From assembly GCA_963676915.2 (NCBI GenBank), contig CAXXVK010000064.1, positions 29,441 to 93,440 on the forward strand: DNA of 64,000 nucleotides, written 5' to 3'. Origin of the DNA: Myxococcota bacterium (GTDB lineage: Bacteria > Myxococcota_A > SURF-8 > G963663525). A program made the position numbers and the translations under genes. Below the pieces are notes generated by a model that was not told where the DNA came from, did no database searches, and was given only the letters and a program-made list of their open reading frames with translations. Shown here in pieces: positions 10,201 through 19,396 of this stretch; within the stretch, counting starts at the first letter, position 1; each line of letters starts with the position of its first letter.

Positions 10201-11165
10201 AAAACCAAGGATGTTTCAAGCTCCATTCCGGTAAGTCCACCATTGCTGGATAACCGTAGCTTGGCGTCGTCGTGGATCTCCAGCCCGGAATATTTTCGCA
10301 ACGTTGCTGAAGGTGCAAGCACTGTAAGGGCTACGTTGCCTTGCATCTGCCGAGCGTCGAAAACAGTGTCCTCAAGATCGAGAGTGGCAAGATTCGTTTG
10401 TACATTCAATGACTTGACGTGTATTGCCGGATCATTCCAATGGGCTTGCAACGCAATTTTTTCAACAGTCAGTTCCGCCACGGGAACCTTTGCGGAAAGC
10501 TCATCGATTTTTACATCGGCTTGACGCTCCTGCATTTGAACCGAAAGCTGCACCGAGACGTTTTCGACCAAAGGGGAAGGGTGGGCGTTTTCGTCGTAAG
10601 AAATGACGGTCAGACGATCGACGTTGAGATGGTCAAGTACCAGCGTGATCGGCAGAGAAATGCCCAGATAGCGTGGGTCCGGCTCTTCCGGTTTTTCTGG
10701 TGGAGGAGGTTCTTCGGAAGCGGGTGGAGCGAGATCGAGAAAGGTGGAACCTCGTGGTTTCTCGCGTAAATGAATTTCTCCTTCTTCTATGGATAGCAGA
10801 GCGATGGACAGTCGCATGTCGATCATTCCAATGGGATCCCATCGCAGACGAAACGCATCTAGGTGAACCAACGGATCGCCGTCAGCGTCCTGGATATCGA
10901 TGTTTTCAAGGTCGAAGCCATCCATCAACGTGCCGTGAATACGGGCAATGTCGATATTTCCCGGAATCATCTGGTTGTACTGCTCCAAGCCGGTGCGAAT
11001 CGTCCATTGGAAACCGTCCTCCGTACCGATAATCGTTGCCAGTACCAGAGACAAAGACGAAATCAGCAACAGTACGAAAGTAAAAAGCACACGTACGAAG
11101 TTCCATGGCCAGCGAAACCAACGTCGTTGCAAGAAAGATTGTTTTGAAGACGTAGGTTTCGGCAT
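7212..11165 (-). CDS. tamB: Translocation/assembly module TamB (DUF490)
   Basis: N-terminal TM anchor, long beta-rich body, C-terminal FSSEPAMPQ..I..LL and LTVGKRL motifs; coupled to tamA by TGATG overlap. Confidence 0.85.
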   Translation of the reverse strand: MPKPTSSKQSFLQRRWFRWPWNFVRVLFTFVLLLISSLSLVLATIIGTEDGFQWTIRTGLEQYNQMIPGNIDIARIHGTLMDGFDLENIDIQDADGDPLVHLDAFRLRWDPIGMIDMRLSIALLSIEEGEIHLREKPRGSTFLDLAPPASEEPPPPEKPEEPDPRYLGISLPITLVLDHLNVDRLTVISYDENAHPSPLVENVSVQLSVQMQERQADVKIDELSAKVPVAELTVEKIALQAHWNDPAIHVKSLNVQTNLATLDLEDTVFDARQMQGNVALTVLAPSATLRKYSGLEIHDDAKLRLSSNGGLTGMELETSLVLGTSTVDIHGTVAAEPKPQADLDYRFSNLPPQKYGLPLKGKLGGKGRLKATGSELETLKADASFHCKDCTLEPFGAFSVDLDASLEDMKAHGKLKVDIADILVQAKAHSPQKDRIEADFSVNSDTLGTIASAFAVKGIDGRLDLQGQCKGELRNPSCTISALLEALKAAEQQIVVQKVTLDLDAKDVATKQAFDTRVSVENLSLPDLPLKRIDLNAKGTPKNLKATCSIEKDETNAGSFSIRLKPGPPLTVDLTEGTGKIADIALFVAQPGRVVVNGSAVQVKHLGLGIEEALLTVDGRFNPKRTSDLNVQLEAFELATLKKVVSEPELSGQTDVKIHLKGPGSAPIIHLATDIRQLTVKEHPYGDLQTTVDWKKRKIDVNLRLEKENQEKFVLAATVPATLNLTSGSFVWKEHSSHHAHWKLSDFSEAEITPFVKLPKGTKFTIENEGEFNGTIRQPDAKITVEGSISREDLEIPLQIQVHAQPEQQTVHAKFDESGPFALSLEAKAGAKVGGLMDGTVKAETIPIEANLSMNRFELETLNPLLPDALYDLRGQLNLALDVDGTVGEPSVNGTIGLESGEVTVVDLYQRYKNIDLSLKLTDTKQIDLQNLSLASGSGSMDMKGKLTLGEKFEPNGTWTLDFVSFPLEFPGVPPSRLDAKVDLGVSSNADDILLGVTLRETQVTVLSFTSDTPKDIPKNAHIVFVEEEKSKPKTETSATKGPNLGIHVDITDPIVILGNQVDMSWGGVLDVAQEEEGTAVTGGLENKRGWFEFLGNSFEVEQALLSFPDGTQNEPYINLTAGADTPEARVYLNVKGPASRPDLAFSSEPAMPQYQIFTLLVTGTTETNEDSDDQVQGKAANLGAGLIAFQYPELQRQMSDRLGIDRVSLTFGETTEEPILTVGKRLTRRIMVESSYHHNAPEDVNRAELKVDLMLTPQWDLETFYGDASVGGMDVFWHTSFGNEPPPQPSMKSRSNKVSESLPESSERSSANEASP

Positions 11166-13135
11166 CAGAACGTCTCCCCGAGGCTGAAGTGGAGCGCCCA
11201 CGTCTTTTCACCGGTGAAGCGTTCGGGAGTATTGAGCCGGTAGCCGAAATCAAGACGGAATTTGCCGATGGGACTGGCGAAGCGGATACCGCCGCCTGTG
11301 GAGTAGCTCCATTCGTCGGTATGGTATTCCAACTCGCCTTCCTGCACGTCTCCCACATCGAAGAACGGCACAAAATACAGATTTTTCACGAGGAGAAAAC
11401 GAAACTCCAGGTTGCCCATAACCATGGTGTTTCCACCTATGGGGAGTGTCGAGCAGGAGGAGCCGTCCGCGTCGCAATCTTCGATTCGTGGCGCAAGACG
11501 TTTCAAGCCCCAGCCACGTACGGTGTCCGAACCGCCGAGATAGAATTTCTGTGAGATCGGAATGCCGGGTTTCCAGGCAAAGGGGAAAGCAAACCCCGTA
11601 GCGCCACGAAACGCGAGTTGCAGGTGAGAAAACACTTTCCAATAGGCTCGCATTTCGGGTTCGAACTTGTGGTAATCGAAATGTCCACCCAACACCGTTC
11701 CGGCAAGATCCCACTTCAGAGCGAAAACCAAGCCGTTTTGCGGTTCGAAGATGTCGTCCGTAAAGTAGATCGTATAGCCGAATTCCATGAAACTGAGCAG
11801 GTAAGGATCGCGAAAATCCCTTCCCAGCAGAGTTTTGTTGCTGCCGAGTAGCGGAGATTTGTCAAAGAAATCGAAGAAGTGCAGGTTGTAACTGATTTCC
11901 GCCAGAGTAATGCCGAAGAAGAACCGGGAAACACCCAACCTGAGTTTGGGTGTATAAAATTTATACCCTTCGTCCACGTTCAACTCGAAACTCGGTCGAA
12001 GCATCCAAACCAGTTTTTTTTCGAGCAATCCCTTTTTACGAAACGTCGGAATCAGTTTGAAAACCGGGCCGTGTTCCTCGATATCCCAGGGGTAGGGCAG
12101 GGTAGCGTAACCCGTAACAACGCGCAGATCCATCCGGGTCAGTTCGGGCAACAAGCTTTTGTGGGTGTAGAGCATCGAAACGCGCCCTTCCCAACGATTG
12201 GGTTCGAAACCGACACCAGGACCGACCTTGATGCGCTGCGAGCGGGATTCAACGACTCGTACAAGAAGGTTCAACTTCCCGTTTTCGTTGAGATTTTTAT
12301 CGGGAATCACGGCCACCGAATCGAAAACGTCCATGGAATAAACACTTTTTTCGATTCGATGCATCAGATTTGGCGAGTAAGGTTGTCCGGGAGCGAAATC
12401 GACCTCGACATCCACCATATGCGCGGGAGCCATGCGCAAGCCTTCGTAGCGGATTTGATCGATAACGCAATGCGGGCCGGTATCGACTTCGAAACGGACG
12501 GCTGCGCGTCGGGCATCGCGGCGAATCTCGGCTTGTTCCTCGACTTTTGCCATCGCGTATCCGAGATCGTGCAGACGAAACAGCAGTTCCTCGCGGGACT
12601 GGTTGAGACGTTCTGTCTCGAAAGGTTCTTTTGTTTTTAGGGGGATGCTTTGCTCTAATTCCTTCGTATCGATATCGTCGCCGTTCCAAGAGAATTCAAT
12701 CGAATCGACGAAGGTCGGTTTGCCTTCCTCGACGGTGATGGTCAACCGACCTTCCAGGTCTTCCTCGTCGATCAAATCCATTTGAAATTCAAGGACCTTC
12801 GTTTCGAAGTACCCGAAAGACCGGTACGCTTCGACGATTCGTTGTAGATCTCGTTTGACGTACGCTTCGTTGTAGTAGGAGGTTTCGACGAAAATCGTCC
12901 AGTCCCAGAACGAATTTTCCGACATATTCAGGTATTCGAGAAGTTCCTTTTTTTCGAAACGCTCCACTCCGATAAACACGATTTCTTTAAGAACGACCTG
13001 CTTTTTTTCTTCGTGTTCTTGTGGTCCCGAACTGTTTCCAGCAGACAATGAGAACAAAGGCAGAAAACACAGGCACAAAAGCAAAAGTCCCTGAAAAGCA
13101 GGAAGACACCTCGAAATGTAGGTTCGTCGGATCAC
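11165..13135 (-). CDS. tamA: TamA/BamA family Omp85 protein
   Basis: Signal peptide, POTRA repeats, FYLGGSDTVRGW motif, SPIG..RLDFG, terminal LGETF. Confidence 0.85.
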   Translation of the reverse strand: MIRRTYISRCLPAFQGLLLLCLCFLPLFSLSAGNSSGPQEHEEKKQVVLKEIVFIGVERFEKKELLEYLNMSENSFWDWTIFVETSYYNEAYVKRDLQRIVEAYRSFGYFETKVLEFQMDLIDEEDLEGRLTITVEEGKPTFVDSIEFSWNGDDIDTKELEQSIPLKTKEPFETERLNQSREELLFRLHDLGYAMAKVEEQAEIRRDARRAAVRFEVDTGPHCVIDQIRYEGLRMAPAHMVDVEVDFAPGQPYSPNLMHRIEKSVYSMDVFDSVAVIPDKNLNENGKLNLLVRVVESRSQRIKVGPGVGFEPNRWEGRVSMLYTHKSLLPELTRMDLRVVTGYATLPYPWDIEEHGPVFKLIPTFRKKGLLEKKLVWMLRPSFELNVDEGYKFYTPKLRLGVSRFFFGITLAEISYNLHFFDFFDKSPLLGSNKTLLGRDFRDPYLLSFMEFGYTIYFTDDIFEPQNGLVFALKWDLAGTVLGGHFDYHKFEPEMRAYWKVFSHLQLAFRGATGFAFPFAWKPGIPISQKFYLGGSDTVRGWGLKRLAPRIEDCDADGSSCSTLPIGGNTMVMGNLEFRFLLVKNLYFVPFFDVGDVQEGELEYHTDEWSYSTGGGIRFASPIGKFRLDFGYRLNTPERFTGEKTWALHFSLGETF

Positions 13136-13202
13136 TTTCGCGATTCCCCGAAAAATGAATTGTAGCGGTCATAAAGCATCGAGTCGAAGAGTCGGACTGA
13201 TT

Positions 13203-13964
13203 TTAAGGATGGGGCGTTTCGCTGTCAACTTGGGGAGCGGTTTTCGTTCGACGTTTCGCCAGGTGAGGGCCGACTTCCCGACGAATGACGTGGATGACTT
13301 CGGGCAGGCTGCTTTGTGTCAGCATATTGAGCACGAATTTCGGCAAAGGCGCGCCGGAATCGGTATATGTGTGGTAAATCAGCAACGTCCCTTTGCCTCC
13401 CATATATGGAAAAAGCTTGTAATATCCATGGGTATCCTTGATATCGCCGTGCGCGTACTCCCATTCGATATAGCTGTTTCCGTAGTGGAGCAGATGGAGT
13501 CGGTAGCGGATCGTGTAGAAAGCGACTTTCAGAGTCAAATCCTCGATGGCGAGATTTTTGTCCCAGCGAACTTTGATGTCCGTATTGTGCGGCATCATGC
13601 CGATGCGGTTTTCGTAATCCCGTAAAAAGGTCATGATATCGCTGGGTGAATGGTCTATGATCGCTATCGCATCATACATCAGTCCCGGTTTGTCGGGAGT
13701 GGGAATGCGCCGAATGACGATCTCCCGCCGATTGAGTTTTTTCAATTCCTCGCGACTGAATGTAGGTGGGACGCCAAGCTTGATCGGTGCAAGCCGAGCT
13801 TCCTCTTCGGGAGAAAGAGGTTTTAGCTTCAAATTGGTGTTTTTGTATTTATAAATCTGGTCTTCGTTGGCATGAAGCGGGTGAACAAATGCAAAAAGCA
13901 GCACGAAAACGATGCTTAATAGGTTCACAATGGCTGGTAGCGAGGGGCGTGGTGTGGTTTTCAT
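13203..13964 (-). CDS. Secreted START/SRPBCC-fold (cyclase/dehydrase-like) protein
   Basis: Signal peptide; DYE...MP and TDSGAPLPKFV..L...SLP pattern of the SRPBCC C-terminal helix. Confidence 0.6.
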   Translation of the reverse strand: MKTTPRPSLPAIVNLLSIVFVLLFAFVHPLHANEDQIYKYKNTNLKLKPLSPEEEARLAPIKLGVPPTFSREELKKLNRREIVIRRIPTPDKPGLMYDAIAIIDHSPSDIMTFLRDYENRIGMMPHNTDIKVRWDKNLAIEDLTLKVAFYTIRYRLHLLHYGNSYIEWEYAHGDIKDTHGYYKLFPYMGGKGTLLIYHTYTDSGAPLPKFVLNMLTQSSLPEVIHVIRREVGPHLAKRRTKTAPQVDSETPHP

Positions 13965-14252
13965 AGGTGGCGATGTGGGAAAAAGTAAGGTAATTTCAGC
14001 TTCTGTTTTTAAGCCTACCCGGATTGCACGAAAAGGGCAACCTCTTGAGAAAACGACGTTTTTATGGACAGTTTTTAGGCATGATTACAAACAAAATTCC
14101 TTTTTTACATTCATGCGAATGAAAAGTTGATCAAAACCACTGAATCGGGTAGGCTCTGAAATACAAATAAATCGTGAAGCAAGTTTTTGATCGTTTCGTT
14201 TCATCGGGGGGAGCACGAACCTCCCGCTCTTATTTGGAGAAAGAAGAAAAAC

Positions 14253-14525
14253 ATGAACAAAACAGAATTGATCGCCGCCATGGCCGAAAAAGCCGAACTT
14301 TCCAAAGCCGCTACCGAAAAAGCGCTTGCCGCTTTTCAGGAAGCCGTGACCGACAGCCTGAAACAAGGTGACAGCATTTCTCTCGTAGGTTTCGGAACGT
14401 TTTCCGTCAGCGAGCGCGCTGCTCGTACCGGCAGAAATCCCCAAACCGGTGCGGAAATGCAGATTCCCGCCAAGAACATCGTCAAGTTCAAAGTGGGCAA
14501 AAAACTGGCCGATTCGGTGAACTGA
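14253..14525 (+). CDS. hup: DNA-binding protein HU
   Basis: MNKTELI...GFGTF...RAARTGRNPQTG...KFKVGKKL. Confidence 0.97.
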   Translation: MNKTELIAAMAEKAELSKAATEKALAAFQEAVTDSLKQGDSISLVGFGTFSVSERAARTGRNPQTGAEMQIPAKNIVKFKVGKKLADSVN

Positions 14526-14542
14526 CCGGCGAATAAAAGTAC

Positions 14543-14580
14543 AAACGAAAAGGCCGGCATTAAGCCGGCCTTTTCGTTTT
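14543..14580. terminator. Bidirectional intrinsic terminator
   Basis: Perfect inverted repeat AAACGAAAAGGCCGGC-attaa-GCCGGCCTTTTCGTTT between convergent genes. Confidence 0.85.
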
Positions 14581-14605
14581 AAAGATCTCATGTTGTAAAG
14601 CTTAT

Positions 14606-15241
14606 TTAGGGAAATATCAGTACATATATTCCCACAATCGCTAAAATGGGGAATACAAAAGTTGCACCTGCAAGCAAAATATTGCCAAAAGCTTTCATTG
14701 TTGAAAACCCTTGAACCTGACCAACACACTTACACATGAGTATTAAAGTCAAAATAATCCCAGAAAATCTCAAATAGAGAAAAAAAAGCTTTACGTTAAT
14801 ATGCTCCAGAAATGTAGGGGTGATGTTGCTTGTAAATAGATCATTCCCGAATATCAAGTACTCTGGAATCCATAGAACCAAAGAATAAATGATCGGCATT
14901 TGCGACCAAGTTATCGCGCAACGAATTTGCTCACCAGATGCATTGCCTTTTATCCACGATCCAGTCCAACGAATCAGGAATCCAAATAGATAAATTTTAA
15001 AAATACCTCAAAGAACTCCATAAGAAATTGCTAGACAAAAAATGTAACCAGGATGGAAATTATCACCAACACCGTTAGTTGATGCTTTATCTAGCGAATT
15101 TACAAAACCTAAAATTCCAGCCAATGGAATGACCATATAGTTGGGATCGGATTCAATTATTCTTTGAGTTGTAAGTCGTGGTTGTATGAAAATTGAAAAC
15201 CAAGGATTGAGTTGTTCCTCGCCTAATTTTACCATTCCCAT
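14606..15241 (-). pseudogene. Yip1-domain membrane protein interrupted by one in-frame TGA (15008-15010)
   Basis: LNPWFSIFIQPR start; the frame continues after the TGA (GIFKIYLFG..RWTGSWIKG..IRCAITWS) into ORF 14606..14899; AT-rich. Confidence 0.75.
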
Positions 15242-15259
15242 CCTATTTTAACTGGTCCA

Positions 15260-16198
15260 TTAATCGCTTGTAGGCCAGAAGTGCGGTTGTCCGTTTTCGT
15301 CGAGCGGTTGATGCCCGGACAAGTGGCAGTTGCGGCATGCGGCGTTGGGTCGGTCCGTATCGGTGTCATCCTGCCTGTGGCAGTAGATGCAGCCGGTCAT
15401 TTGTGCACCGGCGGGGTCATTGGCGTCTACATTATCTTGAATTGCCTGCATGTGCATGATGTGCAGGTCACCGGTCGATCCTTCAAAGTTGTGACATTGC
15501 AGACATTCGGGAATGGCTCCGTGCGATTCTTCCGCCACCTGGTGGCAACCGCCGCAGCCGGGATGGAACATGGCGATTTTGATCGATTCATTCGCTACGT
15601 AATAGCCTTCTTTCCAGATTGTCGCGTGCATGTTGGTGCCTGCCGAAAGCAGGTCTTCGGGGCGCATCGAACCTGTGTAGCCTACGGTTTCATTCGCGGA
15701 GTTTGTGAATACTTCGGTGGTGACGTTGTCTTTCAACCATGCGTGACAGGCTCCCGCACAGTTGGTTTCCCCCTGAAAAACGCTCGAACGTGTGGTTTCA
15801 GAAAACGTTTTGATGCCGTGCCCGTGGCCGAGTTCATCGACGGGGTGGCAGGAGAAGCAGTCGGCCAGATCGGTTTCGGTGTGGCGGCCACGATCGGGCC
15901 ACGGAGAAGCCATTTGCTGTTTTCCTGCCTCGGGAAGCGCTTTTTCGAAACGCACCAGTCCCAAACCTTGTTCCACGAGCCATTCCCGAGGACCGGCGTC
16001 CTCGTCGGAATGAACGGCGGCCAGGGCTTCATAATCGTGACAAATCGAGCAATCTCGCACCAGTTTGGGAAGGTTTACTTCTTCTTCTGCATCGCTGTCT
16101 CCGGGTGAATTGTTATCGGAGCCGGAATCCGAACAAGCCGCAAAGCTCATCGCGAGTATCGCAATGGCTATCAATATTGCAAAGTATTGTTTTTTCAT
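15260..16198 (-). CDS. Multiheme c-type cytochrome lipoprotein (6 CxxCH + 1 CxxxCH)
   Basis: Lipobox FAAC; CSICH, CFSCH, CAGACH, CGGCH, CLQCH, CIYCH, CRNCH. Confidence 0.85.
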   Translation of the reverse strand: MKKQYFAILIAIAILAMSFAACSDSGSDNNSPGDSDAEEEVNLPKLVRDCSICHDYEALAAVHSDEDAGPREWLVEQGLGLVRFEKALPEAGKQQMASPWPDRGRHTETDLADCFSCHPVDELGHGHGIKTFSETTRSSVFQGETNCAGACHAWLKDNVTTEVFTNSANETVGYTGSMRPEDLLSAGTNMHATIWKEGYYVANESIKIAMFHPGCGGCHQVAEESHGAIPECLQCHNFEGSTGDLHIMHMQAIQDNVDANDPAGAQMTGCIYCHRQDDTDTDRPNAACRNCHLSGHQPLDENGQPHFWPTSD

Positions 16199-16211
16199 GG
16201 TTTATCTCGCT

Positions 16212-16838
16212 TCAGGGCATCCATCCATCGGTAAGTTCATCACACACCGCAACACGGAACGAGGCTTCGGCAATGTGTCGGTACCCAAGGTTCGGTCCTG
16301 GATATTTTACATATTCATGACCCAAACCGTTGTAGGCTCCACCAAAGAACGCCGAGCGAATCGCCCGAAACGCCATCCGAAGGATGGGCATTTCATTTTG
16401 TACTTTCACCAGTATTTCCATACGTTCAGCATAATCCAGATCGATGAACGAACCGCCGGGGCTGTTGATATCGAACAAGGTGGCCAGTTCGGGGATCATC
16501 GTTCGGAACGGATAGTATTCGTCGAACATCAGGTTGAGAGAGCAGGCTTCCAGGCCACCGGGATCGCCGTCCGGGTCCAGGGAAGGGCCGGGAACCACGG
16601 TATCCACCACAGCGGCCAATGTGCGTTCTGCTTCGGATGACGCTTGCAGACAAGCGCCTTCCAATATTGGGCGTGTCCAACCGGGCGAGGCGTATTTCGC
16701 CGTTTCGGCCAGTCCCGAACCGTAAGCCGCAGTTGCCAGCAAGAATCCCAACGAATGCTTCATGAACTTCCGTCGTGAAAGATCGGAGGGTTTGAGGCGA
16801 TTGGGAGCGATTTCGTCGTGTTTTTGAGGATTTTTCAT
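16212..16838 (-). CDS. Tat-exported gluconate 2-dehydrogenase subunit 3-like protein
   Basis: SRRKFMK twin-arginine signal; LAAVVDTVVP, F..LD...R, G..YVKYPGP motifs. Confidence 0.75.
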   Translation of the reverse strand: MKNPQKHDEIAPNRLKPSDLSRRKFMKHSLGFLLATAAYGSGLAETAKYASPGWTRPILEGACLQASSEAERTLAAVVDTVVPGPSLDPDGDPGGLEACSLNLMFDEYYPFRTMIPELATLFDINSPGGSFIDLDYAERMEILVKVQNEMPILRMAFRAIRSAFFGGAYNGLGHEYVKYPGPNLGYRHIAEASFRVAVCDELTDGWMP

Positions 16839-18284
16839 TTACTTGTTCTCCACGAGATACGCGGCGATGCGCTCGGCATTGGCAGCGATAGTGTGGGCCG
16901 GATTCACGCCCGTACCGCCGGGAACCGAAGCCCCGTCCGTGCAGTAGATACCGGGATTGGAGCGCAACTCTCCGTTGGGTGTGCAGGGGGCTTTCTCCTC
17001 ATTGTCGCCGATTCGGCAAGTTGCCAGCGGGTGAGCGTCACCGTGTTCGTAGGTGTGATCGGCGGTACGAAACAGTTTCGCACCGGTTTCCTCCTGAATG
17101 CGCAATCCGACTCCGGCAACTTTATCAAGGTAAGCCTTGAAATGGTCCGTTTGCGGAATGTTGAACTTCAGCAGTCCGCTGTCGTCCGCCCAGACTTCGC
17201 CTTCTCCGTCAACCAGACCGATTGCCAAGGACGAAACCAGGCGGTTGGGATAGTTGTCGCGTAGAAAATGCTTGAATTCTACACCGAAAGGAATGTCCGG
17301 CTTGCCGCCGTCCTCACGTACGATGTCGAGTGCTGCGTAAATCGCCGGGGGAGAACCACCCGCGTGGATGGTGATTTTGTGTTCCTCCCAGAAGGCGTAG
17401 GTAATCATTCCGGCATTGTTTCGACCCATGTAGGACCAGGCATCCGGGAAGTCCTCGGGCAATTGGAAGACGAGGGCCATATCCCCGTTTTGATTGAAGT
17501 TTTTTCCGACCTGTGGATGCAGGTCGCTCAGGTAGTTTGCCGAACGTTGCAGAATCACAGGGGTTTCCAAGGCTCCGGCCGCCATCAGCAACATGGGGGT
17601 CGCCACTTTGCGTTCGATATTGAACTCGTCCACATACACCACGATGTGGTTGGACGACGCACCGTCTTCCTCGATGTGGTCCACCTTGGCATTGACAAGG
17701 AATTCGGCTCCAGCCGATTCGGCTTGCGGAATGTAGTTGAATCCCAGGTGCTTTTTCTTGTCGTAAGGACAACCGCACATGCAGAAACCGCAATGCAGAC
17801 AATCATGTATGGGATACATGGCGCGATCGCAGGTTAGTCCCATTTTGTCGAGCAGCATGGCGAAACAGCCGCCGACTTTCGGAACGTCCTCCCAGGCGAT
17901 GCGCTCGATTTCCATCATCCGCTCGACTTCCTCGTAATGCGGATCGAGCACCGAACGGGTCACGCTAGCGGGCCAGACCTTGTAACCGTTCTGGTCGGTA
18001 TAGTCGAACACTTCGGAGGGAGAACGCAGCATGGCGGCGGCGTAGGTCACGGAGCCACCACCCAATCCTTTGCCATAGCGCATGAAGACGGTGTAATCCT
18101 CGCTGGTGTAACTGGTGAACATCCGCATTTGATTGCGAAATCCCCAGTCCATTTTGTAATCTTTGGCGCTAAAACGCTGTCCCTGTTCAAGAACCAGCAC
18201 TTTTCGTCCGTCTTCGGCAAGGCGCAATGCCGGGATCGAGCCACCGAACCCAGACCCCACGATTACAACATCATAGGTTTCCAC
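16839..18284 (-). CDS. GMC family flavoprotein oxidoreductase (cholesterol oxidase-like) with Cys cluster
   Basis: GSGFGG, GLGGGS, CLHCGFCMCGCP, HPLATC, DG..VP...GVNP..TI.A.AER. Confidence 0.9.
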   Translation of the reverse strand: METYDVVIVGSGFGGSIPALRLAEDGRKVLVLEQGQRFSAKDYKMDWGFRNQMRMFTSYTSEDYTVFMRYGKGLGGGSVTYAAAMLRSPSEVFDYTDQNGYKVWPASVTRSVLDPHYEEVERMMEIERIAWEDVPKVGGCFAMLLDKMGLTCDRAMYPIHDCLHCGFCMCGCPYDKKKHLGFNYIPQAESAGAEFLVNAKVDHIEEDGASSNHIVVYVDEFNIERKVATPMLLMAAGALETPVILQRSANYLSDLHPQVGKNFNQNGDMALVFQLPEDFPDAWSYMGRNNAGMITYAFWEEHKITIHAGGSPPAIYAALDIVREDGGKPDIPFGVEFKHFLRDNYPNRLVSSLAIGLVDGEGEVWADDSGLLKFNIPQTDHFKAYLDKVAGVGLRIQEETGAKLFRTADHTYEHGDAHPLATCRIGDNEEKAPCTPNGELRSNPGIYCTDGASVPGGTGVNPAHTIAANAERIAAYLVENK

Positions 18285-18494
18285 GTGATATTCTCCGAAA
18301 AAATGTGAGTCGATAAGATGCGTTTTTTCAACATATGAAGAATAAAAATCGTCGTCAACTTTTCTATCGAAAACTCATCGTTTTTTACGTCTCAACTCAT
18401 TGACGATACAAAGGGAAAACGGGTAAAACATCCTTGTGTTTTCCAAACTATTCCAAATGTGGACAATTCGTGATTTTTCGTGGCAGGAGAGACT

Positions 18495-19043
18495 ATGTAT
18501 TTTGAACATGCAGGACCGATGAATACGGAAGAAACGCTGAAGATTGCTTGTAACCGAGGGAAAGAGTTGGGGATTTCCGAACTCGTCCTCGCCAGCACGA
18601 GCGGTGAAACCGCCAGAGCCGCTCTGGATATTTGTGAAGGTATGAAAATCGTGGCGGTCAGCTATCATGCCGGATTCAAAGAACCTTTCCAGCTTTCCAT
18701 AGACTCCAAAGAGCGCGCTTGGCTGGAAGAGCGAGGCGTGCAGGTGATTTGTGCAACTCACGCGTTGTCCGGTATCGAACGCGGCATGGCGAAGAAATTC
18801 CCCGGACCGTATCCGGCTCTGATCGCAGCCGAGACGCTAAAAATGTTCGGTCAAGGTGTAAAGGTGGCGGTTGAAGTCGCTGTAATGGCTGCGGATTCCG
18901 GGATTTTGTCGGGAAACAAAATCGTTTCGGTCGGTGGTTCAGGTAAAGGCTGCGATGCCGCTGTCGTGCTGACACCCGCCAACCAGAACCGTTTCTTCGA
19001 TCTGAAAATTCACGAAATACTCTGCAAACCCAGGTTATATTGA
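18495..19043 (+). CDS. Stand-alone pyruvate kinase C-terminal alpha/beta-domain protein
   Basis: YFE..G..NTEETL, VLASTSGETA, HALSGIER, FGQGVKVAVE, ILCKPR; RBS AGGAG. Confidence 0.85.
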   Translation: MYFEHAGPMNTEETLKIACNRGKELGISELVLASTSGETARAALDICEGMKIVAVSYHAGFKEPFQLSIDSKERAWLEERGVQVICATHALSGIERGMAKKFPGPYPALIAAETLKMFGQGVKVAVEVAVMAADSGILSGNKIVSVGGSGKGCDAAVVLTPANQNRFFDLKIHEILCKPRLY

Positions 19044-19396
19044 ATCACATCATGCTATAGTATGAAAGGTTTGCGGTCTTGTTGGGTGAAAAAGGGTTCC
19101 TGCTAAACATTTGCTGTCGAGAAACGCATGCGGTTTTCTTATGATTTTCTTAAGGCTCAAATGTTTAAATTATTGTGGGGGGAAGATAGAAAAGCCCGAG
19201 TAAAAACCAGTGGTTGTCGTATGAAAACTCGGATTTTGGAAATCTTTAAACGTGTGGTGGAAATGGAATCCCTGCAAACTTTCATCGCCAGTTCGTCAAA
19301 TTCAATAACTATTGGCTCTTCTGTTGCATAATACGATTGGTTTGGATTATGGTAGAGAAAACGAAACGATTCATCTTGGTAGCGGACGAGGTTTTC

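Noticed and set aside
15008-15010. Selenocysteine or alternative genetic code at the in-frame TGA
   Set aside because: The context is a membrane helix with no redox motif, and TGA terminates many bona fide genes here.
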